Positions 1-17,001 of a DNA stretch of 64,000 bases are shown here, piece after piece. Numbering within the stretch: the stretch's first letter is position 1; every line of letters starts with the position of its first letter. The stretch lies in the NCBI RefSeq assembly GCF_009914755.1, contig NC_060930.1, one strand, 5' to 3'. The notes under the pieces were generated by a model, which was not told the DNA's origin, did not search any database, and saw only the letters and a program-made list of their open reading frames with translations. A program made the translations under genes and the position numbers. The DNA is from the human T2T-CHM13v2.0 reference genome, Homo sapiens.

Positions 1-2981
<2,981 letters not shown>

Positions 2982-2999
2982 GAATAATTTAAATAGCTT

Positions 3000-3720
3000 G
3001 AACTACATATGAGCTTACAATGACAAATATAAGAAAACACGATGGGTCACCTTTGAAGGCTGCTAATAAATGGGCACAAATAAAGAGAATAAACATTTAT
3101 CCTACTTTTCCTACATGATGATATTTCAAGGTAATAAAACATGATGGAGAAACAATAAATTCTAGAGTAACAGTATTCAAAATTCATGTTTTTCAACCCC
3201 TAATGAATAATAAATCTAGGCAAGGACTACCAGTGGCTGCTAATATTGTTAGGTGGAAGATTAGAGAGAAAATTTATGACAGATGCATTAGGCTGTACTA
3301 CATGTGAACCCACTGATCTACCTTAACATCATTAAAGTAGAATAAGACATATATTCCTCCAAACAAGATATAATAGGAGGAGCACATCACCCTCTTCTGT
3401 GAATTGCTTTTGCCAATAAAAAGTAAAACTTGAATCTACTCAAGTCTCTATAGCTACCTAAATAAAAGAAATTCAGTACTGTGTTATATGACACCAAGAG
3501 GACAAAATCAGTGAAATCTAGAAATTCTAAAATTATTCAATAAATAAATGGTATGACAAGGGTAAGGAAACTTAAGAGGCATCAATTACATGCAGTTGTG
3601 GACTTTGTTGAGATCCTAATTTAAACCATTGAATGTAAATAGATATTTTTGAGTCAATCAGAGAAAACTGAACATGGACAGGACATTAGATGATATTCAC
3701 CATTTAAAAAAAATGTATGT
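3000..3720 (+). mobile_element. Old L1M (L1MC/L1ME-type) 3' fragment
   Basis: Degenerate L1M 3'UTR motifs, e.g. GAAACTTAAGAGGCATCAATTACATGCAGTTGTGGACTTTGTTGAGATCC and GGACATTAGATGATATT; boundaries approximate. Confidence 0.5.
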
Positions 3721-3874
3721 GTGTGACAGTAGCAAGGTGGTTGTGTTTCCTTTAAGTCCTTAAGTATTCAACTGGATATATAAGCTTTATGTAGAATTCT
3801 ATATATATACTTTTATTTATAAATATATATAATCTTTATATAGCAAGAGCAAATTCTATATGTGTGTAAATTTT

Positions 3875-3918
3875 GTGTGTATATGTATATATACATATAT
3901 ATGTATATGTATATATAA
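3875..3918. repeat. (TG)/(TA)n low-complexity microsatellite
   Basis: GTGTGTATATGTATATATACATATATATGTATATGTATATATA. Confidence 0.8.
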
Positions 3919-6900
3919 TGAAAGGATAGGCCACACAGTGGGAGAAAATATTTGTAATGCACAGTCACCAAGGAATTTGTATTCTGAATACAAATTTTTA
4001 TTTATTTCTAATTTGTTTCTAAAATGAGTTAGAAAAAAATTAACCCAGTTAGTCTTGTTTTACTCTTACTTTAAACCTTTTTAATAGTTGGAGTTACTAA
4101 AAAATATGTCAGAAATATTCTTTCCTGTTCTTAGGTGTGGCCAATAGCAGCATTATTCTCACAGAGCATGCAGGGTAGTAATGTAAACAGCCGTGGCAGG
4201 CAGGAAAGTCCTATATTGAATTATTTACCTCAATTCAAAACAAAGCAAAACAAAAGGCAAAAACAACTCATCTGATTTGCAGTGTTTCTAGAAGAATTAC
4301 CAAACTGGGGGAGAGAGGAAGATGTCACTCGAATGTATGATACACATAATTAAATTACTGTGATTGTCACCATTTTTTTTAAACAAACGCTATTTCACTG
4401 GGTAAGCCTCTAAAAATTCAAACTACTTATTTTTTAATTGCCCCTTCTCCCAGTCCCTAGTTTCCAGTTGAACTAATTTAAGCCAGCCTAATTAATAAAA
4501 TACATCCATCTATACCACTTTTATCAAAACCCAATGAATATTTGTTCATTGCATATGTCAGCAATTCTAAGGAAGAGTTGAGTAATTATTTTTCAAATTT
4601 TTCTAACAAAGTTTGATGAGTTTGAAAGATTTTTAAATTGTGACGTAGGCACTGGAGAAAAAGGTGGTATCAACTCAAATTTCCTGGAAAGTTTAAGAAA
4701 TTTGGTCTAACCTAAATCATTCACTCCTAAATTATTCTTAATTCTAAGAAGGGCAAGCAAGATTAGTGCTAAGTACTTCATTAACATTTCTTATATTCAA
4801 ATTGTATATGTAATACAATAGAGGGTTTCCTAGAAATGCATTATGGTTCTTGGAGCCTTGTATAATTGATTTGTACTCTCTAATTAGGTTCATTTTTAAA
4901 GTTTGGATCATTATTTTTCTACTTTGAATTATCCTGGTTCTGTGATTGCTATTCTGAGATCACTATTGATACATATTATTTAATGTTAATTGCTAATCGG
5001 GAACACAGCCCCCCACCAAAAGAATATTATTCTTACTGTGAATATACACTACTTAATAAGAAATTTTATAGCATAGGTTTGCTACCAATAAAATACCTAT
5101 TCCTACTCCGAGGGATTCTAGGTTTATACGAGAAATTCTAGTGTTAGACTAATGATGTATTGATAAGGACTTAGCATTTAAGAATGATTATAATTATCTT
5201 TCTAAACTTGAAACTTTTCCCTTTCAAGGAAAACAACTAATCATGAAAAACAAAAGTGCTTAACACTACATGGAACCCAAGAGAAGACCTAGGAAAAAAC
5301 TATAGCTTGGAGTCAGCAAAGAAACAAAATATAACCAAGGAAAAGGCACAGAAAAATAGGTAACGAATTGATACAGAGCATCATTTTCACCTCACTTAAT
5401 AGAGCACTTAACATCTCAATGATCTCTAAGAATATGTTCACAAGGATGTGAAATGCATGGTTTTCACCACAACATGTTTATATAATAGTTTATTGGAGCA
5501 TGAAAAAATGAATGATATATACTCAAAATTCTTATAATTATTTTTATTCATTAATAGGTACCTATGCTGCAAATGAAAGAATGAAAGCATTACACAGCTT
5601 AAAGAATATTAGACTGGATGTTGGAAGACTGAGTTTTGCCTGATTCTGCCATCATATGAATTTAAGCAAGAGAGAAAGAAAAAATTAGGTGTGACTGCTA
5701 TCTTAGACTCAGTTTTCTTTTCTATTAAAAAGTAGAGGGCTGACCAGTCTGATATTCTGTGACTCTATGATAAATCAATTTGCATGTATTCCTTTGGTTG
5801 TTTCTACAACAAAAGTATCTGTATGCCATTTCATAGTCTTATTTAAAAAAAATTGTATACATTTAATAAACAAGTCCAAAAGCCAAGACATTTTATTTCA
5901 ATAGATAAAATACAAATATGTAGTATTGATTAGTATATGGTATAGAGCTCATTATGTAGTGATGTTTTCACTTACATTATCCATGATTACCCTCATCTAC
6001 ATAATCTTTCCTTGTCTGAACTCCTCAGAGCCAATAATACCTCCTAGCTCACTAATTGCTTTGTGTGGAGGGACTTGTCTCTCCAACTAGCAAGTGTACT
6101 TGCCAATGCTGGGCTGGTATTCAAACCTTGGCCCAACAATCACTCTCATGGGCAACTTACCTAGCCTTGCTTAGCCACAGTATCTTCATCTGAAGACATC
6201 AGTATAATTCACTAGCCCTTCAATGATTGTTGTAAAGATTAAACAAAATAGTAAAACTCTGGCGTATATGAGGTTAAATAATAAGTATCAAGCACATACA
6301 TTTCATTATTTTCCCTCCGTAGAGCACTCCTTTACGGAAAAAAAAATAGTATATTGTATACATTTTTCGTGTGTGTACTACAGAGCCCTTAACAGTGCTA
6401 AGCCCACAGAAGGCACACAAATGTCAGATCCATCATTTATTCAATAAATATTTACTGAGAACCTATTTGCGCCAGGCATGGGAGAAAGTAAAAATGAAGA
6501 ATGTCACAGCTCTTTCCTGAAGATTTCTAAATCAGCTAAACACCAAATAATAGGGATATTAGAAGTATGAATTTAACATAGCTTAGAACAATTGTGACTG
6601 GAGGGTGACCCAAGTATTTAAAAATAAAAAACAAAAATAACAAAAACACAAAGTGGTACCTAAATAGGAAAGATTTTACGCTATAGCCATTGTCTATCTC
6701 CCTAAATTAAAATGTCCCTTGGAGTTAAACTTTAATAAGCTAAATGTGAATATTTGTATAATTGGAAACCTGTTTTCTTTTTCTTGGAGCAGGAATCACA
6801 GGAAAAACATTGCAGAATTTCAAGTTCCATGATAAAGGAGAAAACACAAAATGGTTTTCATAGATGGGATGAAATCATGTTTCCATGGAAACCCTGAACT

Positions 6901-9900
6901 GGTTTGTTGCAATCCAACTTAAGTTGGCAATTTGGGCTAATTTCAACTATAAAAATAAATCTGGCAACTTAAAATATTTATCCATCCTATCATGAATGGA
7001 ATTTCTAAATGATAGCTAAATATGTGAAAAGCATCTCACTGAATTGAATACATATTTTTAAATTCCTTTAATCATTACCAACTTCACCTGGCAAAGATAT
7101 CATTTAAATTGGAAACAAATCCAATGAACTAAGTTGTGCCAGAATAAATAGAATCTAGAGTATGGTTATCCTCTGATTCCAATGTTGGAGAAAGAACAGG
7201 GACAAGGACTTCCTCTATTACAGACTAGCAGAGTCTGTGGGTTTAATAGCTTTTACTGAATCATGATAACCAAAATAGACTCAACATTCTACCCTAAACA
7301 GTCAAGGCCCCCCTTTTTTTTTTCATTTAGAACATTTTTTGCAAATTAGAAATCCATTTGATCATGGCATATGGTTGTTAGGCAAAACAAAAATAAGAAC
7401 CAAAATGGTTATATTTTACATTAATGATTTTAAAAAGATTTTTGTCTTATGTTTTCCATTTATTAAAAGTTTTTACCCTTATTTAAGCACTTCATTGTTA
7501 ACCCAGGATTGACTCCAGTCTTTGACTTTGCTTCATGTAAGTTTCTTTTATGTGACTCAATGCTTTTAGGCACAACAAATAAAAAGAGCCAAAGGGCAGG
7601 TTAATATATAGCTGAACAGTCAACTTTAAATTAAAACGTCCAGTCACATAACCTTGGTCAGCTCTTCATCACATCCAGTAACTATCTCCTAACAATGTTC
7701 ACAAATGCTTAACGTCCTATGTTATATACGTGTGGCAGGCAATTTCAAAACTGAGAAATTTGACACTTAAAGTATTGTTCTTCCCTTGATTCTTTTATTG
7801 GCATGTCCTTTTATTTCCGTCCCCTCATGGCAAAGCCTGATGAGACAGAAGTCTTCATTTGATTCCGTCCATTTTCTCACCTCCTGCTAAATCTTCAACC
7901 CATTGCAATAATATCTCTGAGAGTGTGGGTAGCACCTCTCTTCTTCCATATCCTTTATTATCCCAAATATCTGCTTTTCAAAGACTGATGTAGGAAACCT
8001 TATCCTGCAGCTGTGTTCTCTTTGGACACCCTTCTGACTCCAGACTCATACACTACTTGCAGAAGGGTCCACAATCCTCACCTGGCAGTGCAATTATGGA
8101 TCAAGATGGAAATGTTTCTGGAGATTTGCCCAAATCTAAGCACTTTTGCATTTCCCTGCACATACTACTAGAAACTATGGCATAGTCGAAACTACTGGTT
8201 TTCAGTTAAAACATGCTTAAATTCTCACTCCCTGTGTGACTAAAGCAAGTTTCTTAATTCTCTCTGAATCTTACTATCCTCCTCTCTAAAAGCAAGGATA
8301 AATCTACCCCATCTACCTTGAAGGGTTGTTAAGTAAAATGCTAAGTAAAATGGCATAAAAGCACTTTCCACAGTCTCTAACCAACTGTAAGAACTAAATA
8401 AATAATATTTTTCTTCCCTTCCTTTAAATTTTTTAACAGCAAAATTTGCAAAAGCACGAGTGGAAAAACAAGTGATTGTTATGGTTGAAAGGAATCTCCT
8501 TTTCCTGAATACTTATAATGCATTATCTGCTAATTGCAAGCAGTCATCTGTCATTTTCCTGTAAGGTATTACATATTCATGTGTATATGTGTATATATTC
8601 CAACTGCTTGACTACTTGCCTGTGAGTTCCTTGAGGGCAGAGTTTAAAGCCAATAATTCTCTAACCTCACAATTCCTTACATGTTACAGGCAATCAATTA
8701 AGTATTTTAGTGGCTCACCTGTCACTGGTAAGACATTTAGTTTCATTTTTTCACAATGGTGATAGATTTATGCTAATCCACCTACACTTTCTCTGATGGC
8801 TTCTCTTGGAGCCACATATCAGTGGAATGACTGGCTAGGACAAAGTGGACAGAACACATGTGGAACACTATATTGTCCACTGCGATATGGGACCTATTGC
8901 TGCATTAGTGGCCGTGTTCCAACCAACCAAGCCAACTCAGATACATCCAACCCTACAGAGAGGACCAACATTATTATTTTTGGATAATTTATTTTTAGGA
9001 AATTCATATTTTAGCTTTGAAAGTATGAACCAAGTAGAGCCAAAAGTTGATACAACCAAATATACAAACAGCAAAAATTTATCCCTCTTCTGCTCACACA
9101 CGCCTAACTTTCCTTTTTTGACCAAAGAAGTCTTTTAAAGCCCAATTCATACTAGGATAACTTTGAAATGTGCTGAAAATTCTGCCCCATCTCTTTTTAC
9201 TCTGTTAACCAAATAATTCCCATGGGAATCATCAAAAGAAATTCTTGATAAGGGTCAACATCATACAGATGTGAGACTCACTAGTTGTACACAGCCAATG
9301 CTAGGTCAACATTATTCGCAGCCTCTGAGCAAGAGAAGATTCCAGTTCAATTCTTTTCTCTAACTACCTGTAGAATATTGAAGCTATACTTTCCTGACAT
9401 ATCTTTTTACTCAGGCCAAAACTTCTTAACACATGGGCACTAAGCTGGATTTTTCCATACCTGCTTGCATTTTTAAACAATGAAAAATCTTATGAGATCA
9501 TCTATCTCAGTATCACTTTTATTTCTAAAATAACAAGATAATTACAGAATAATTTCTTTCTGAAAATTAAGAACATGAGAATATATATTTAGAAGGTAAG
9601 ACCTGATTAGATGTTCCAAAGCAACCTACAAGTATTTTCTGTATTAAGCAAACACATTCAGTTGTGCACATATTCTTCAAATGTTAGAATTCTAATAAAA
9701 ATATGGCCAATCCATATTTTTAAGAAACTTTTAAGGTGTAGAGTTTGGGTACTAATTAGAAAATATATTAAGTTTCCAAATAAAAAGAAATAGTGTTGGA
9801 GAGTAATACTCTCAAGTGTAATAAAAGTATATTGCTAGCTTTTTAATTAAAATTTCTGTAAATGGACACTATATTAGTTCCAGTGAATGGTGTCCTCTGT

Positions 9901-11149
9901 CTAAACAACTGGACCAATAAATAAGGAGGACTCCACTTGGTGGGTTCCCACTCCTGGGTCATCTGAAACAAAATCACCAATTAAGTCAATGCTTTATCTC
10001 AGATAACTACCTGTCTGAACAGAACTCCATCCCAAATGTGGCTCTCACCCTCCACAGCACTGTCAACCATGAATTTTCTCAGAAATTCAGAAGACTGCAC
10101 ATTAAATACATTTCAATAAGAAACTCCCTATAAATAGAAAAATAAAGAGAATTTTCCTCAAAAACATAAACCAAATGACCGAAAGGTACCAGAAAGTCCT
10201 TCCAACCCAATTTCGTTGTTTAGCAGATAGAATCTGAAGCACAATAAGGTTAAATATTCTAACCAATATTAAGTATAATGACAGACCAATATCAGAACTT
10301 CAGTGCGTTGACTCCCCAAACTGTGTTCTCTCCAATCTACCACACTGTCTCTCTTAAAATGGGAAAAGGCATAATGTTATTGCTCTGGAAACAACCTATA
10401 GGAGTCAGTGCATGGCTTAAACATGAAGAAGGCTTCCACCCACATGTAGTATCCTAGGAACAACAAGAAAACTTCACTCACTTCTCAACACAGAGCAAAA
10501 CCATTCCAACTCCAGTTAACTCCAGTCCTAACTGCAAAGCACCAGGTATGTGATCCTCCTGATTGCTTAAGCACCTCTGAGAGCTGGAGGTTGCATATGT
10601 AAAAGGGGATGGCAAGCCAATTCTAATCTGTCTCACATGAGAATGACATGTCATGATGAAACCTCAAGAGCTTCACATATTATGACACACTATGCAAAGT
10701 ACTTAAAATTCTGTGTCCCTAAATGAGAAGATTGCTTAGTCTGTACTATAAAGTTGTCTAAATACAATTTAGTACCCTCTTTTAAGAGGAATACACTAAA
10801 AATGTTTCTAGATCACAAACTTGGTACAAAATATTAGGGGGATAGTCAAACTTTGCTGAATTACCTTATTTTCAAAGTGTAAAGAAAATGCACTTGATGA
10901 ATATTCAATACTCAGAACTGTCCTCTAACATTATTTCCTAGCATAAAAGTATATGGCTTTGTAAAAAAAAAAAGAATAAGAAAAACAACAGAATTCATGA
11001 AAGTTGTTAGCCATATCATTGTTTTGTTCTTAGTACATTTCCCAACACTTCCTAAAATCAAAAGGTGCTCTTTAACTGTATAGTAAAATCACCATATGGC
11101 TTGTTATTGTTATAAATCTATAAGACAACAGCTCCCTCTTAGATGGAAA

Positions 11150-12226
11150 TAGGCTGGTGCAAATGTTATTGTGTTTTTTTGCCTTGTTGAAATTTGCCAT
11201 TTGATATTGGAATACATTCTTAAATAAATGTGGTTATGTTATACACTATTTAAATGCACATTTATTGCTTTATTTTTTTTACTAATGTCTTATTACTTAC
11301 TGCTCATTTTACATTTATTTTAGGCTATGGAAATGATGTTAGACAAAAAGCAAACTTGAGCGATTTTCTTATTCGAGTTGAAAATGGGTCTTAAAGCAGC
11401 AGAGACAACTTGCAACACCAACAACGCATTTGGCCCAGGAACTGCTAATGAATGTACAGTGCAGTGGTAGTTCAAGTTTTGCAAAGGAGACAAGAGCCTT
11501 GAAGATGAGGAGCATAGTGGCCAGCCATCAGAAGTTGACAATGACCAGCTGAGAGCAATCACTGAAGCTAATCCTCTTATAACTACATGAGAAGTTGCTG
11601 AAGAACTCAGTGTCAACCATTCTATGGTCGTTCGGCATTTGAAGCAAATTGGAAAAGTGAAAAAGTTCAATAAGTGGGTGCCTCATGAGCTGAGCAAAAA
11701 TCAAAAATATCATCGTTTTGAAGTGTCATCTCCTATTCTATGCAACAACAATGAACCAGTTCTCGATCAAACTGTAACATGCAATGAAAAGTGGATTTTA
11801 TGCAAACAACCAGCGACTGCTAGCTCAGTGGTTGAGCCAAGCCCAGAAGCTCCAAAGCACTTCCCAAAGCCAAACTTGCACCAAAAAAAAAAAAAAAAAA
11901 AAAAAAAGGTCACGGTCACTGTTTGGTGGTCTGCTGTCGGTCTAATCCACTACACCACTACAGCTTTCTGAATCCCAGCGAAACCATTACATCTGAGAAG
12001 TATGCTCAGTAAATTGATGACATGCACTGAAAACTGCAATGCCTGCAGCCAGCATTGATCAACAGAAAGGGCCCAATTCTTCTCCACAACAATGCCCAAC
12101 TGCACACCATATAACCAACACTTCAAAAGTTGAAGGCATTGGGCTACAAACTTTTGCTTCATTCGCCTTATTCACCTGACCTCTTGCCAACAAACTACCA
12201 TTTCTTCAAGCGTCTCGACTTTTTGC
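11150..12226 (+). mobile_element. Hsmar1 mariner DNA transposon, 3'-truncated, disrupted transposase
   Basis: Degenerate left TIR TAGGCTGGTGCAAATGTTATTGTGTTTT; ATG at 11327 (MEMMLDKKQ); WVPHEL at 11675-11692; PYSPDL at 12166-12183; similarity stops near 12226 with no right TIR; stops, frameshifts and an A25 run. Confidence 0.93.
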
Positions 12227-13399
12227 AAATTCAAATTATTTAAAATAAATAAACATGATCTGGTTTACAAAACTGTTATTAACAAAAAAATTGCAATAAA
12301 GCATCTACTGCATAATTGAAGCATATTATTATATCCTGACGATGGATGTGATGATACACATCAATTATCATTCGTGATATCATCAGGATACATTTCATTT
12401 TATTACCCAATTAAGATAGCATTTTGTCAAGCAGCTGACTTGTTGCAATGAATATTTTTGCCCATCTATCCACTGACTTACACTTTATTCATTTTTCAAG
12501 CAAATATGTATTGAGTGCCTGATTTACTGAATACCTCTATTTATTAAATGCCTGATAAACACTGAGGTGTTATGAAGATATAATAATCACAATTCTTCCA
12601 ATCAAGGCACTTAACTGTATACAGGAAGTTTACTACAAATTATCCTGTTTCTTCAGAAAAAGAGTTTTTAGAGGGTGGGCTCAAGGTGTTTATTTTTTCA
12701 ATTTTCAATAATAGACTGTATTGGTATATAATGCATTGAAGCTCAATCAATATTGCATTTATGCTTAACATATTTATACATTGAATTAACATTTATTGCC
12801 TGCTTATCAAATGGCATAATACATAAACAGCACATTGCACAGTACTGGCATACAAGGAGTGCACAATTAATGTCATGTTATATGGAGAGATAAATGGCAG
12901 GCCAGCCAGGACTTGTAACAGGCAATAACCACACAAAAGATGTACAAAGAATTCTGGTGCTACAGAAGCAGAGAAAATAGCCTGGGGGAATCCAAGCAAA
13001 TAACTGACACTGATTAGTAGAAGGAACAAAGGGAATATGTTTGCAAAAAAGTTAGTCATCATTTGGTATTAAAACACAAAGGAAGTTTAAAATTGCTGAA
13101 CAATATCAGTGTTGTCTAGGCTTATTTGGTGTCATTCTCACCTAAAATTTCTTAACTGCTAAAGACTTGTGAAAAACCTTTATGTTTTACGAAAACTTTA
13201 TGTTTTATTTAAGAATGGTTCTGTATAACTAAGAAAGATGGAATGCCATTCACTCATAACAGAGTCGGAAGGACACAAGATGTCCGCACTGTACTTGAAC
13301 TTATCCGAGAAGAGGAAACTTGCTACCTTCTAAACAAACCATTCTATCTTTAGACAGTTCTAATTGCTACAAGGCTCTTCTTCATTGTCATACTTTGAA

Positions 13400-13630
13400 A
13401 AATAGCTGACTTTTATTGAGATCCTATAGGAACCAGGCAATGGACTAAGCAATTACACATATTATTTTATTTAATCCTACAAGACTTTGAAGTAGAAACT
13501 ATACTATTACCTCAATTTTACAAGAGCACAGAGAGGCTCTGAGATATTTAAAGGAAGCTGGTCACAAAAAGGTGGAGCCCACAGTTTTAGCAAAGTCCCT
13601 TTGAGGTCATATGACCTCTGCTTTCCACTA
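13400..13630 (-). mobile_element. MIR SINE
   Basis: AATAGCTGACTTTTATTGAG...CCAGGCAATGGACTAAGC...TTTAATCCTACAA...ATTTTACAAG resembles MIR reverse. Confidence 0.6.
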
Positions 13631-13730
13631 CACAATTCAATTCCATTCTTAAGGGAAAAATCTGCCTCTTGTTAATTGATATTTTGTAGTTCTTCTTCAT
13701 GCATTAAGTGTACTGTTATGTATATTAGTC

Positions 13731-13928
13731 CAGAGTTTCTCAACTACTGGCATTTGAAACCACATTAACTCTTTATTGTGGAGTCTGTCTCATGCATTTT
13801 AGGAGGTTTGCAGCATCCTTCCACCCACCAGATGCTGGTAGCATCACCTCCAGCTGTGACAACCACAGATGTTCCCAGATATGACCAAATTTCTCTGTGG
13901 CACCAAATCCCTCTATTAGAAATCACTG
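13731..13928. mobile_element. MER20 (hAT-Charlie non-autonomous)
   Basis: Termini CAGAGTTTCTCAAC...AGAAATCACTG; internal CACCAGATGCTGGTAGCA and GTGACAACCACAGATGT; near-TSD TATTAGTC/ATTTAGTC. Confidence 0.8.
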
Positions 13929-14108
13929 ATTTAGTCAATAAATAGAGGCTTTACCTCAAGGATTGATAATTGGACCTTAATTAATGAAACTGACTTTGAA
14001 GTTTGTAAGTCTTAGGTTCCAAACTAGGAATCAGCCACCATGTTCACATTCCTCTGCCCAAATAAGGCAGTTAAGGTAAAAGCTCAATTTGTTTAAAATA
14101 TTGAAAAG

Positions 14109-14401
14109 GGTCGGGCACGGTGGTTCATGCTTATAATCCCAGCACTTTGGGAGATCAAAGCAGGAGGATTACTTGAGCCTACAAGTTTTAAAACAGTCTG
14201 GACGACATGGCAAGACCCTGCCTCTATAAAAAATTTTTAAAAGTTAGCTGACTGTCGTGTCACACACCTATAATTCCAGTGACTCAGGAGGTGAGGTGAG
14301 AGAACTGCTTGAGCCCAGGAGTTCCAGGCTGCAGTGAGCCATGACCACACCACTGCACTGAGTGACAGAACAAGACTCTCTTTAAAAAATAAAAAATAAA
14401 A
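14109..14401 (+). mobile_element. AluJ SINE
   Basis: Dimeric Alu with J-type GGATTACTTGAGCC and CCAGGAGTTCCAGGCTGCAGTGAG; strong CpG decay. Confidence 0.9.
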
Positions 14402-14600
14402 TATTATAAAGACTTGAATTTATTGGATATTCTTCTCTGTATCAGGTTTGACATAGCTCTATTCTTTTACTATCAGTGTTTCCATGGTAATGCTTCTATT
14501 TCAGAATCAAAATGTTTTTGAAATAGATTAAGTATTGCCAAAAAACAATTTAAAAGCAAATCGAGAAAGCTACTAAACACACACACAATTTCATGGCTTA

Positions 14601-14948
<348 letters not shown>

Positions 14949-16609
14949 AAAATTGAAAGTGTTTTCCTTTTATTTTATTTTAGCTTTACAGGCAACTAAT
15001 TGTAAAATAGGAGGTTAATAATGTTGTCTATGAGGATTTTTATTATACTTTACTCACTCACATGATAATGGTGGTTATATTTTTCAAGTTTCTCCATCCA
15101 TTCATCTAAAAAGCTCTAATATTTCATGCCTATAATAAAATTGTTATATAAGTCTTTAGTACATTTAAAGAATATAAAACAAAAGAGGCATTGCTTCTCT
15201 AGGGAGTAATTAAATTTAAGACATGTAATCCATTTCTATGATGAAACACAGATTTCCCATTAGAAGACAAATCATTCATTTAAATCAGTTGAGTAGGAGA
15301 GTATCAAAAGAAAATACATCTGGTTACATTTAAGGTTCAGAAAAAAATCATGTACACAAAGATTCTGTGGCTTTCAGCCTAGAGGATTTTCATGAGGTTA
15401 TCAATCAGATATCTTTTTATTCAGTGTAAGCTCCTATTCTTTAAAAAAAAAGGGACTCCCAGGGAATGTTTGCAAGAATTTCAAAGTGAGTCACACAGAT
15501 TAGTACTTACAGTTTCCAAAAAACTGAAGCCTACTTGGTGGCTTTGACAATGGAGGGTGAGTGGATTAATCTATGTCCTTGACTTTGACCATCCTTTTAC
15601 ATTTTTTGCTCTCATACCAGTGAGTATCATGTGACTCAATCAGTATTTTTTTTTTATTAAATGCTGACAAAGTTATATTAAAGTAAGAGATATCCACATT
15701 CTATTCAGAACAAAAAAAAAAATTGGAATCCCTGGATAAGCTTTTATTGCTGTTACTCTACCAGTCACTTCTGGGATAAACCGTGTTCTTCCAACATTAC
15801 TTTCTGGGATAATCAGTTCATGTATTTGTTGTCTTTTCATCTGAAGTCAAGCTGATCATGACTGACAGTAACATCAGTAGATGAGAGGACAGGAGCATGT
15901 TATTTTTTTAATATTATTTTCCTCTTTATTGTCTTGAGCTTATTTTTGTCTTCCCACTGAAAAGTAAAAGTGTCCCTCTAATATGAAGGGAAAGACTGTA
16001 CTTTCTTATTTCATATTTTATTCAGGCTTTCTTTGGATGCCATAAGTAATATCCTTCATTCTATAACATGACTTACTGAAACACCTATTTATTTGCTTTT
16101 CCAAGTAACTGAATCATTAAATTTAAAAACTATATTAAATTCCTCTAAAAATTTAGGTACTAGGTTTATGCAATTTTCTTTACATGCTTAGCACATTTGT
16201 TTAATGTGCCAAACAAAACACATTAAAATTTTCTGGCAGTCACCAGTAAATGTTTCTTATGATAATTACAGCTATTACATTGGGGTTTTGGGTAAGGGGA
16301 TAATATTAATTTTAAAAAAAACATAAAAATTGTAAGCAATGTAGAATGATATTTGCATAATGCATTCATGGTAAACTACCTTTAAATCAAAGATGCTCAA
16401 GTGTGTAACATCATTAGCTATTGCCAGAGTAACAAAATGTGCCATGATTCATCTTGATAGTCACCAAAAGGCTTTCACCTTATGAGAAGTAAATTAATTG
16501 ATACATGCATTAAGATTTTACATTTTATTTTATTTTTTTAAACTGTAAAGTATTGGAAGATACTCATGGAGTGTTCTGTGCATCTTATTTCCACCTATTT
16601 TCCCAAAGA

Positions 16610-17001
16610 TGTTGAGATACATCCCCTACAGCCTTGGGAGACAGTGTCTCTCTCCTGGGATAAGGGCAAATTTGTTTCCTGACTGGAATAAGAAAGGTAA
16701 TTTTTTCCAGTATAAACATTGGAGAGATTTACTAGTACCCTTTTTATAAGACTGGGGATTTATTGAGCTTGGAGTTCTTCAGCCATGACACACACCCACT
16801 ATGCACATAGCATCTATCTGGGTCCTTCCATATCACCCCACGGGGCTTAGGGGAAAAAGCAACCAATGCAAACATGAAGCTGTGAGTAATAAAGTCTTTT
16901 GTCCCTGACTCAACAGTCTCCTCTCTGCCAACACCTATAAAACTGTACCAGACTAGTTAGCTTGCAAGTAGGGTAAAATCTCAGGCTCATAGTTCTTGAC
17001 A
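16610..17001 (+). mobile_element. Solo LTR, probably ERVL-class (MER54/MER73/MER74-like)
   Basis: TG...CA ends, AATAAA near 16888, 3' end GTAGGGTAAAATCTCAGG...AGTTCTTGACA; family assignment from memory. Confidence 0.55.

Noticed and set aside
11624-11971. 115-aa transposase ORF as a domesticated gene
   Set aside because: Upstream stops, frameshifts, lost catalytic residues and 3' truncation
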